64,000 bases of DNA. It comes from an uncultured Acidobacteriaceae bacterium. Its GTDB lineage: Bacteria; Acidobacteriota; Terriglobia; Terriglobales; Acidobacteriaceae. Made by a program: the position numbers and the translations under genes. Shown here piece by piece: positions 29,101-38,185 of this stretch. Every line of letters starts with the position of its first letter. Positions within the stretch are counted from its first letter, which is position 1. Below the pieces are notes generated by a model. The model did not search any database. It had not been told where the DNA came from and saw only the letters and a program-made list of their open reading frames with translations. The DNA lies in the NCBI GenBank assembly GCA_963835355.1, contig CAWIFE010000011.1, positions 70,848 to 134,847 of the forward strand. Direction: 5' to 3'.

Positions 29101-30715
29101 GTTCGATCCCGCGGCCGCCGTAAACGCGTGCGTTGCCTGGATCGTCACGTTTTGCCAACGATTCGAATCCGCATTCAACCCCGCCGGCGCCGTCATCGAT
29201 AGCGCCGGAATCGCCACGCCCGTGTTTAGTCCGCGAATGTCGATGTTCCGGAACTCGCTCCACTGCGGCCACTGCGCCAGATAAATGCCGCACGTGTGCG
29301 TCGAATGCGCGCCCGGGTATTGCGCGGCCATCGGATCCACGCCTGTCGCCGCAATCTCCACGTTTTCGATCTCCGCCACGCGCAGCCCGTTGCCTCCCGC
29401 GCCTGTCGTGGCCTGCATCGCAATCGCGCAGTTGCCAACGCCCCAAGCCGCGCCCGTTCCCGCTGTTCCCGTCAGTCCATTTCCGCCCGGCGAAAAAATC
29501 GAGTTCGCTTCCATCGGCCGGTTCGACTGGCAGCTCCCCGCCGCCGCACGCCCCTCTGCCGGCGAACACGACACATCCACGCTCTGGTCCACATAAATCG
29601 TCAGATCGTGCAGCCGTGTGTAGCTCAAAATATTCGTCGCGTCCGGCCCGCTCTCCAGCACATCCTGCCCCGGAAATCCCATCAGAGCCGACACCTGCTT
29701 GCCCAATCCTCCAATCGATTGCCCATGCCAGCTCAGCGCCCGCGTCTTGCACGTCCCTTGCGGAATCGTCAGCGCCACGCCGTGCGCATTCGCGTAGCTC
29801 AGCGCCGCCTGCAGCGCGTTCGTATCATCGGTTACTCCGTCGCAAACCGCGCCGAACTCCTTCACGCTGCGCTCCGCCTGTTGCGCGCCCGTCGTGCGCA
29901 GGTCCGTCACTACCACGCCGCTCGTGTTCGTGAACGTATCATTCCCCGCATATGTCGGCGGAATCTCCATCGCCCCATTCGTTCCCGCCGCATTGATCGC
30001 AGCTTGCAGCGTCGTCTGCGCGCTCGCTGCCGCCGGAGCCTGCACGCCGTTCATCGCGGGAGTTGTCAACGCCCCCGTCATATTTGCGCCCGCCAGTGGC
30101 ACCGCTGTCGCCACCTGCGTATCCACATAGTGTTTGTCCGCGGCCTGCAGAGTTTGCGTCGGATCGCTGCTCAAATACAGTGGCCCGGTCAGCGTTCCGC
30201 CTGTTGCTGTCAGTCCGCTGCTCTGGCTCGCCTGCGCAATGGCCTGGTCCACATACGCCTTGCTCACCGCCTGCACCGCTTGCGCCGCGGGCATCACCTT
30301 TGCCTGCACCTGCGCCAGGCTGGCCTGCGCCGCCGCCGGAACCATCCAATACTGCGTGCTCGTCGTCCCATCGCTCATGTAGTACACGGCCGTGTAGTAC
30401 TCTCCTGCAGGCGTCGCACCCACATTCGGCGCGAGGTTCACGCTCACAAATCCGTCCGGCCCAATGGTTCACCGTCGTCGTGTCCGCAGCCACCGCCTGG
30501 CCCGCCGCCGTCGTAAACGACGGCCAGCTGATCGACAATGTCCCTGCGCCCGGCTGCCCGTTCGCCAGGTACACCGTCCCCTGCACCGTCGTCGTGCTTA
30601 CTGCCTGCGCCATCATCGTCGCCGCCGCCAGCATCATCATCACTGCGCACGCCGCGATCGGTTGCCCCATCCTTTTCGCATTCTTCGCGAAAAAGGTGGG
30701 AGCCAACGACGTCAT
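23155..30715 (-). CDS. Giant (~2,520 aa) tailspike/tail-fibre-like beta-helix protein with a Sec-like signal peptide; +1 frameshift near 30468
   Basis: Joins ORF 29939-30838 to ORF 23155-30447 (TTTV-TIGPDGFVSVNLAPN). Signal AACAVMMMLAAATMMAQA; neck-like AADKHYVD; two pectate-lyase-3-like starts (SVKEFGAVCDGVTDDTNALQAA and VNVMAPPFNAKGDCSSDDQAAINAA); GGDLGGSYPNPTV fibre motif. Confidence 0.8.
30660..30701 (+). repeat. REP-like hairpin in frame at the N-terminus of the giant gene
   Basis: ggttgccccatccttttcgcattcttcgcgaaaaaggtggga encodes APTFFAKNAKRMGQP. Confidence 0.7.
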
Positions 30716-30904
30716 TTGCCTCACCTCGAACCATCCGTTTTTCATGAGCTTCATTCCCATCGCATCCTTCTTCTCACTGCAATTCGCAAACTCATTTCGC
30801 TGGGGCGGCCGCAGCGGATCGGTCTGCCCCAGCTTCACGCCCAGTCACCAATTGAATTTCAAGTTCCCCCATGCTCTCAGCGACACGTCGCGCGCTAAAG
30901 GCCA

Positions 30905-30965
30905 AGAGCTGAGAGCCAATAGCTGATAGCCGAACTGAGAACTGACAACTGACAACTGCCAACTG
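30905..30965 (+). repeat. Degenerate heptamer tandem repeat
   Basis: gagctga-gagccaa-tagctga-tagccga-actgaga-actgaca-actgaca-actgcca-actg. Confidence 0.7.
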
Positions 30966-30968
30966 TTC

Positions 30969-31394
30969 TTACGCCGCCTTGGTCTTTTCCTCTTCGTCAT
31001 TCGCCGCTTCTTTTGCCGCGGTCTTCTCTTTCCACAACTGGCCCGGCACCAGAATGTCCGCCAGCCCCGGCCCGTCCCAATTGTCGTCTTCGCCGTCTTT
31101 CTTCTTCTTCTCCATCAGCGACAACACCATCGCTGCGCAGTGCGCGTCGCCGTCTTCGGTCTTCTCCACTAGCTTTTCTGCAATCTTGGCTCTGCGGACC
31201 TTCACCACCGTCTTCACCGCCTGTCGCAGCGCCTTTCTCGCCCCCTTGTGATCTTCCTCCTCGATTCTCTCCGCCGCATCCTTCTCTTCGCCGTTTCCAC
31301 TCGCCTCCGCGTCTTCGCCGGTGTTCGTCCGCGGCATCGTCACCACCTTGTTCTTCTTTGGCTGCTTTACCTTGTCCACCTTGCTCTTTCCCAT
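30969..31394 (-). CDS. Highly charged hypothetical protein, possibly small-terminase-like
   Basis: Lys/Glu-rich with a helical core KIAEKLVEKTEDGDAHCAAMVLSL (A..GD..A-like hairpin); co-oriented with and upstream of the giant gene and terL. Confidence 0.55.
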   Translation of the reverse strand: MGKSKVDKVKQPKKNKVVTMPRTNTGEDAEASGNGEEKDAAERIEEEDHKGARKALRQAVKTVVKVRRAKIAEKLVEKTEDGDAHCAAMVLSLMEKKKKDGEDDNWDGPGLADILVPGQLWKEKTAAKEAANDEEEKTKAA

Positions 31395-31873
31395 TGCTCC
31401 GCCATTCCGGCCACCCATCCACGGTCCTTCCTGTGCCGCGGAAAAGGAAAAGGGGCAACCCGGCTACCGAGTCGCCCCTCCGCTCTCTTCTTCTTTCCTC
31501 GTACCCGCGCTCGCCGCGGTGATGGCCCGAAGAAGATCGGAAAAGCCTCTCGGCTTCTCCGTCAGTCAGAATCATTTCTGTATGATTGCTTCCAGCTTAC
31601 TCCAAACCGCATAAATTACCTGCAAACTTCGCTACCCTGAATCTTCTGCATGTTTTCAATCACTTAGCGATATTCTTGCCCTCCGGCCATTTGACAAATC
31701 TTCGACCCCGCGCCTCAAAGGCCTGCTTTCCACTGAGGGGACCCTTTCGCTCCTGGCCATTTGCTCTTACTCTCGTCCAACTCGCGTCATCCGCATCAGC
31801 TCTACTCCCACAACGCAAGCGGGAAGCCAATCGCTGACGGCTAACGGCTGCGTCTCATGCCCCTTACTTGCCA

Positions 31874-31902
31874 TTGATTCGCTCCTTGCGCCGTGGTATA
31901 CA
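31874..31902 (+). promoter_or_regulatory. Putative sigma-70 promoter
   Basis: TTGATT-N17-TATACA, with a TG dinucleotide just upstream of the -10. Confidence 0.4.
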
Positions 31903-32015
31903 ACTCCCAGTTCTTCGTGCCGCCTACAACAGATTTTTCTTTTGCATTTTCGCTTATCGTCCGTCGAAGCAGGGTCGCAACACCGCAACAATACCCGGCG
32001 ATGGGAGTCTTCGTC

Positions 32016-33977
32016 ATGCGCATCTTCGCGGTCATTGCCGCTTCCTTCGGTACTCTTCTTCTCTCTGGCTGCGCCGGTATGCCGGCCATCAACACGTCCT
32101 CCACAGGTTCTGTCTCCGGCACAGCCCTCCACGGCTCGGTCCGCGGCGGCCAGAATCCCATTGTCGGCGCGCATGTCTATCTCTACGCGGTCAACACTAC
32201 CGGTTACGGAGGCCCCGGCATCGCTCCTAACAGCACCAACGCTTCGGTGTCCCTGCTCAGGAACGCCACCGGAACCGCTCAGGACGCCAACGGCCACTAT
32301 TACGTCACCACCGACCAGTACGGCAATTTCACCATTACTGGCGACTACAGTTGTCCCAGCTCTTACGCGCATCCTTACTTCTACGCATCCGGCGGCGACT
32401 CGGGCTCGGGCGCAAATTCGGCCATCGCACTCACCGCCCCCGCGCAGGCCTGCAACACTTCCGCATCCACTGATGTCAATGAAGTCTCGACCGTCGTAAC
32501 CGCCTACGCCTATGCCGGTTTTGCCAGCGATCCAACGCACGTCTCGAGTTCCAGCACCACGCTGGCCGCCACCGGGGTCACCAACGCGGCCAACAACATC
32601 GCCAACCTTGAAGACATCAGCCTGAGTGTCGCCCTCGCCACCACCCCCGCCGGCAACGGCACCGTGCCGCAAGCGGAAATCAACACAATCGCCAACATCC
32701 TCGCCGCCTGTGTCAACTCCACCGGCCCCGGCTCCACGCAATGCTCCACGCTTTTCACAAACGCTACCAACAACGGCGTTGAGCCCATTGACACCGCAAC
32801 AGCCGCACTCAACGTCGCGCACTATCCCGGCGTCAACGTCGGCAATTTGTTTGGCCTTCAGATCGCCGACTCGCCCTTTCAGCCCATGCTGCCCTCCACC
32901 CCCGTGCCCAATGATTTCACCATCGCCGTCAGCTACACCGGCGGCGGCTTGAATTCACCCGTTCCCATTGCCATCGACGCCGCGGGCGACGTGTGGTTGG
33001 GAAACACGGCAACCGGAGCCAACAGCGTCAGCGAGTTCAGTCCCCTCGGCGCGCCCGTCTCCGCTTCCGGCTATACCGGCGGCGGCATCGTTGACCCCTA
33101 CAGCATCGCCATCGACAGCTCCGGCAATCTCTGGACCGCGAACGTCACTCCGGATAGCCTCAGCAAGCTCGGCTCCAACGGCACGCCGGTCTCCACTTCC
33201 GCCGGCTACACCGGCGGCGGCCTCAACGCCCCCTATGCCATCGCCTTTGACCCGCTTGGCCACGTCTGGGTCGTGAACAACGTCGGCTCCAGCCTCAGCG
33301 AGTTCAGCTCCGGCGGCACGGCGATCACAACTTCCTCGGGCGACACCGGCGGCGGCATCAGCAATGATCCTGTGTCCCTCGCCATCGATGCCTCGGGCAA
33401 TATCTGGGTAACCGATAGCATCACTCTCGGCGCTCTCAGCGAATTCAACTCCGCCGGCACGACTCCCGGCTCGCCCATTTCCCCTTCGACCGGCGATACC
33501 GGCGGCGGCCTAAACGATCCCTGGGGCCTCGCCGTCGATGCCTCTGGCAACATTTGGGTAGCGGACAGCGGAACGGGCGCAAACAGAATCAGCCTGTTCG
33601 GCGCCTCCGGCACGGCCATCTCCAGCCCCCTCGGATACACCGGCGGCGGCCTCAGCATTCCCGAGGCCCTCGCCATCGATGGCGCAGGCAACGTCTGGGT
33701 GGTCAATCGCGCAAGCAACCTGACCTCTCCGCCCTATCCCGACAGCTCCATCAGCGAGTTCAACTCCTCCGGCACTGCCATCTCCCCCGCCACCGGCTAC
33801 ACTGCCGGCCTCAATCTCTCCATTCGCATCGCCGTCGATGGCTCCGGAAATGTCTGGGTCCCGAATGCCACCCTCAACACCGTCACCGAGTTCGTCGGCG
33901 CAGGATCGCCCGTCGTCACGCCCATCGTAGCCAATCTTCTCTACCCCTACGCCAGCCGCGCCGTCAACCGCCCCTGA
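32016..33977 (+). CDS. Lipoprotein with a C-terminal NHL-repeat beta-propeller (7 repeats)
   Basis: Lipobox LLLSGC; seven units of YTGGGL..P..IA.D..GN.W..N. Confidence 0.85.
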   Translation: MRIFAVIAASFGTLLLSGCAGMPAINTSSTGSVSGTALHGSVRGGQNPIVGAHVYLYAVNTTGYGGPGIAPNSTNASVSLLRNATGTAQDANGHYYVTTDQYGNFTITGDYSCPSSYAHPYFYASGGDSGSGANSAIALTAPAQACNTSASTDVNEVSTVVTAYAYAGFASDPTHVSSSSTTLAATGVTNAANNIANLEDISLSVALATTPAGNGTVPQAEINTIANILAACVNSTGPGSTQCSTLFTNATNNGVEPIDTATAALNVAHYPGVNVGNLFGLQIADSPFQPMLPSTPVPNDFTIAVSYTGGGLNSPVPIAIDAAGDVWLGNTATGANSVSEFSPLGAPVSASGYTGGGIVDPYSIAIDSSGNLWTANVTPDSLSKLGSNGTPVSTSAGYTGGGLNAPYAIAFDPLGHVWVVNNVGSSLSEFSSGGTAITTSSGDTGGGISNDPVSLAIDASGNIWVTDSITLGALSEFNSAGTTPGSPISPSTGDTGGGLNDPWGLAVDASGNIWVADSGTGANRISLFGASGTAISSPLGYTGGGLSIPEALAIDGAGNVWVVNRASNLTSPPYPDSSISEFNSSGTAISPATGYTAGLNLSIRIAVDGSGNVWVPNATLNTVTEFVGAGSPVVTPIVANLLYPYASRAVNRP

Positions 33978-34017
33978 TTCGGAGGCCAAGCGGCAAACTT
34001 CGCCCTCCCACAGAAGC

Positions 34018-34187
34018 GGGCGTCCGTGTCCGGGGTCCCCGCGGACAGGTCTTGGTCCGTGAGGTGGAAATCCCTCGCATTTGGGAACCCGGGATGCGAT
34101 GCCCCTCCAACTGACTCGCCGACTTGCCAACCTGCCAACTCGCCAACTCGCCAACTCCCCAACCCCGCTAACTCCGCTAACTCCGCT
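34018..34187 (+). repeat. Nested REP-like composite (34018-34094) followed by 8/9-mer tandem repeats (34109-34187)
   Basis: [cggggtccccgcggacaggtcttggtccgtgaggtggaaa]tccctcgcatttgggaacccggga; then ccaactcg units and ctaactccg units. Confidence 0.75.
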
Positions 34188-34208
34188 GTCTTGCATTACC
34201 ATTCCTCT

Positions 34209-36375
34209 ATGTTCCGGTCGTCGCGCAGCTTCCATTGCGTTGCCGCTCTTATCGCTCTCTGCGCCGCCTCCCTCGCCCACGCTCAAACCGCTGCTCCCGC
34301 ACAATCCACCGTCGCGCCACCTTCGGCACAGCTCAACGAAATCCTTTCCAGCCAGAACCGCGCCCGCACCATCGCTCAGGTCGCCGTCTCGCCCGATGGC
34401 AAGCGCATCGCCTTTCTTGAGGCCGGCCAGATTCGCCTCGCTTCGTTCAACAATCTGGTCCAAAGCCAACAAATCACCGCCGCGCCCGGCCAATCCTGCC
34501 CGGCCTCCAATCTCATCTGGTCGCCCGACTCCGCCTCCCTCGCCTTCCTTTCCGATTGCGACACCCCCCCCGACCAGCCCACTCAGCCCGATCTCTTCGT
34601 CTCTCATCTCGACGGCAATCCCGCCCATCGCCTCACCGAACTCCATGGTTACGTCGACGCGCCGGCTTTCTCTCCGGACGGAAAGAGCATCGCGTTTCTT
34701 TACGTCGAGGGCGCCACACGTCCCTCCGGCGCGCTCGCCGCGGAAACACCTCCCTCCGGCGTCATCGGAGAAGATCACATCGAGATTCAGCGCGTGGCCG
34801 CTGTCCCGGCCGATGCGTCCCAACCCGTTGCTCCCGGCTTCCTCACGCCGCCCAACCTTCACGTCTTCGAGTTCGATTGGTCGCCCGACTCCAAATCCCT
34901 CGCCTACATTGCCGCCGACCCTCCTGGCGAAAACAACTGGTGGGTCGCCAAACTCTATACGCAAAATCTGTCAGGCTCACAACGAGTGGGTGCCCCTGAT
35001 CCCTCGCACTTGGGGACCAGGGATAGCACGGACCCAACTCCCACCGTCATCCTTTCTCCCGCCGACGTCCCCGGCCCGCTCCACGGCCTGCAGATCGCCG
35101 TTCCTCGCTGGTCGCCCGACGGCAAATCCATCGCCTTCATCGCCGGCCTCATGAGCGATCAGGGCGTCACCGGTGGCGACGTCTGGGTCATCCCTTCTTC
35201 CGGCGGCATTCCGATCGATCTCACTCCCGGCCGTCCCGCCTCCGCCCAATGGATCACATGGGACGGTAACAACGGCATCTACGTCAGCGAACTTTCCGGC
35301 GGAGACTCTCAGCTCGTTCGCCTGCAGATTCCCGATCGCGGCGTCGCTACTGCAACCTCTGGCTCGCCCGTCTTCACCATTCCCGGCGATGTAGGTTCCA
35401 GCCAATTCGATCCCAGCCTCTCTGCCTCCGCCGATCGCTCTCTCTTCGTCTTTCAGGCCAGCTCATTCAACACCCCGCCCGAAATCTTCGCCGCCCGCGC
35501 CAAACAGGATTCGTCCGCCCGCTCGGCAGACACCGCGCGCCTGTTCCAGCTCTCTCACTTCAACGACGGCGTCAAGCCGTTCCTGGGGCGATTCCGTTTC
35601 GCTCTCATGGAAGAACGACGGCTTTCAGATTCAGGGTTGGCTCCTGCTTCCCAAAGATTTCGATCCGGCGAAGAAGTATCCGCTCCTCGTCGAAGTCCAC
35701 GGCGGCCCGGCCTCCTCAGTGACCTCGCGCTGGGACGGCGGAGCAGGCGGCTTCAGCGCCACAACTTTTTCCACGCTCGGCTACTTTGTCCTCTTGCCCA
35801 ATCCCCGTGGCAGCTACGGTCAGGGCGAAGCCTTCACCGAGGCCAATCGCAAGGACTTCGGATACGGTGACCTGCGCGACATACTCGCCGGTGTCGATAC
35901 CGTTCTCGCTAGGTATCCCGTTGATCCCAATCGCATCGGCATTGCCGGCTGGAGCTATGGCGGCTTCATCACCATGTTCGCCGTCACCCAGACCCATCGC
36001 TTCCGCGCCGCCGTCGCCGGAGCGGGCATCTCCGATTGGCTCTCCTACTACGGCGAAAACTCCATCGATCAGTGGATGATCCCCTACTTCGGCGCTTCCG
36101 TTTATGACGACCCCGCGATTTATGCGAAGAGTTCGCCCATCACATTCATCGAACAGGTGAAAACTCCAACCCTCACTGTCGTGGGCGACCGCGATGGCGA
36201 ATGTCCCGCGCCGCAGTCCTTCGAGTTCTGGCATGCGCTGCGCGACCTGCACATCCCGGCGCAGTTAGTCGTATATCCCAATGAAGGCCACGGCTTCTCC
36301 GATCCAGCCGACCGCCGCGATGTCCTCGAGAGAGCGGTCGATTGGTTTGCCCGCTACATGCCGTCCAACCCCTAG
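34209..36375 (+). CDS. Secreted S9 family peptidase (dipeptidyl aminopeptidase/acylaminoacyl peptidase); +1 frameshift near 35580
   Basis: PD40-like WSPDGK repeats. Correction restores KPSWGDSVSLSWKNDGFQIQGWLLLP...VEVHGGP; catalytic GWSYGG, GDRD and EGHG. Confidence 0.9.
34988..35023 (+). repeat. GGGTG-tagged REP-like hairpin, in frame in the S9 peptidase
   Basis: gggtgcccctgatccctcgcacttggggaccaggga encodes GAPDPSHLGTRD. Confidence 0.8.
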
Positions 36376-36534
36376 TCCGCCAACCGCCCTCTTTCCACTT
36401 CCCACGCTGCCCGAAACCAAAGCACGAGCGGCAGAGGCACGCCCTTGCTGAAGTCAAGGTACGTTGCGAAACACGGAATTAAGCCTGACGACCTGCAAAT
36501 CCGGCGCAAAAAAACAAAGCTGACTCGGGAATCT

Positions 36535-37749
36535 TCACGGAGATGTATTTGACCCCTGCGGCAAATCGGGTACTGCAACCGTCACTCCGGAAAGTTCACT
36601 GGCTACGTGGATCGGCTGATCCGCTGTTCCATAGCGGCGTATCGTTCGCGTCTCCGTCTGGGTTGGCGGCCAGGAGTCGGATTTGTTCGGTACCTCGCGA
36701 TACTCGTTATCGGATGCATCTTCGACATGCAGGATATAGTCTCCTTCAGGAACAAAACTGAAGGTAAAGGCATCATCATCCTTCGTTAAGGATGTTTGGC
36801 CGATGACAGACTTGTCATCCGAACTTAAAAGCGAGAGTTTCCCCCCGTTCAGCAGGTGACCGTCATGGGCAGAAACGATATAACCGCGTACAACGTGCAG
36901 CTTGGTAAGGGGGATCTCGATGTCTTCCCCGCTCCGCTCCTCTCCTGTTTTGACCGAAAACGGGGTCCCATCCTTGCGCCGTGTACTACCGCCGGAGTAT
37001 GTCGACAATGAATACACATCGTTCATCGAAACGCTGGTACCGCCGTGATCGTCGACTCTGTATACCGTCTTGGAGATGTGGAGCGTGGCTTCGAGCATGT
37101 AATCTCCTCCGGGGAGTCCGCTGATACGATAGTGCCCCTCATCGTCGGATTGCCCGTAAAAAGAAGTTTTCCCAATAGGACTAGATGGAGGAGAAATCCA
37201 TTGTCCCTTTCGGTAAATGAGCATCGACAGACGAATTCCACTGGCCGGGCTCCCATCGTCGTACAAAACTGTGCCACTCACCACGGCGCCGCGGTCAATT
37301 ATCACATTCACAGTGACGGGGAGATTAGCTCCTACGCTAATTCGTGGAACCGACTTGAGAATGTTCTTTGGGCTATTGTCTTCCGAAGAGGAGGCTGCGT
37401 TTCCGTGCACATACAACGGAGCGAGAGGAAATACATAGCCAGCTTGCGAAGCGATCACATAGTATGTGCCCGGCGCAACGTGTTGTATCACAAAGCTACC
37501 GTCCAGTAGCGTTTCCACTGCCTCGCCGCTGAAAACCGCGTGCTGCTCCTCGCCGGGGATAATAGATTCAACAATTCCGGCTGGTTCAAGCACGACAGTC
37601 GCCATGCGAGCAGGCGCATTCGTATCGCCACAGTAAACATGGCCGGATACAGTGTTGGCTCCCGGGGGCTTGTCGGAACTCTCTTGCTGTGCCGAACCCG
37701 CTGCTGCCGATGCGAGGCAACACACCACGATCAACCATTTGAACTTCAT
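36535..37749 (-). CDS. Secreted protein with carboxypeptidase-regulatory-like (transthyretin-like) domains; lower GC
   Basis: Signal peptide; VSGHVYCGDT, VSGTVLYDDGSPA, SDDEGHYRISGLPGGDY and FTFSFVPEGDYIL. Confidence 0.75.
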   Translation of the reverse strand: MKFKWLIVVCCLASAAAGSAQQESSDKPPGANTVSGHVYCGDTNAPARMATVVLEPAGIVESIIPGEEQHAVFSGEAVETLLDGSFVIQHVAPGTYYVIASQAGYVFPLAPLYVHGNAASSSEDNSPKNILKSVPRISVGANLPVTVNVIIDRGAVVSGTVLYDDGSPASGIRLSMLIYRKGQWISPPSSPIGKTSFYGQSDDEGHYRISGLPGGDYMLEATLHISKTVYRVDDHGGTSVSMNDVYSLSTYSGGSTRRKDGTPFSVKTGEERSGEDIEIPLTKLHVVRGYIVSAHDGHLLNGGKLSLLSSDDKSVIGQTSLTKDDDAFTFSFVPEGDYILHVEDASDNEYREVPNKSDSWPPTQTETRTIRRYGTADQPIHVASELSGVTVAVPDLPQGSNTSP

Positions 37750-37849
37750 GATGAAGCACATCCTGGTCGCAATCGAGAATGGATTCCGTGATCACCGACA
37801 CAATCTCTCGGCTACTCCTGCTTTTCTGGGCCGCGGTCGCCGAAGTCTC

Positions 37850-37882
37850 GTAGTCCCGTAGTCCCCCAGTCCCGTAGTCCCC
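37850..37882 (+). repeat. 8-mer tandem repeat (GTAGTCCC)
   Basis: gtagtccc-gtagtccc-ccagtccc-gtagtccc. Confidence 0.75.
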
Positions 37883-38185
37883 ACCTCTCCGCTCCCCATC
37901 CGCCCCCGCGCAAGTCTATTGAGAAGAGACCTGACTCGCGGCCCGATCCGCGCCAGAAGCAGGCCCATCCTGATACACTTTTTTTGGAGTATTTAGCATG
38001 CGTTTCGTCCTTCCGGCAGCATCCGGCAGTGTGCCGCCGGGAACCTGCTCCTGCGGTGCGACTCACCCGGCGCTGGCCTATCGACGGTCCGGCCGTGAGC
38101 TTCGGCAGGAGCGGTGATCACTCATTCTTCTTTTCGTCTCTTTTCAAATCCGTTCCGCGGTTCTAAGGCGGGACGGGGAGGATTC

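Noticed and set aside
21295-31394. Complete prophage
   Set aside because: No integrase, portal, capsid, tail tube/tape measure, lysis or repressor genes; flanked by host genes.
32930-33900. DGR-like template/variable repeats in the NHL gene
   Set aside because: Ordinary propeller-blade repeats with no adenine-specific differences, and no reverse transcriptase in the window.
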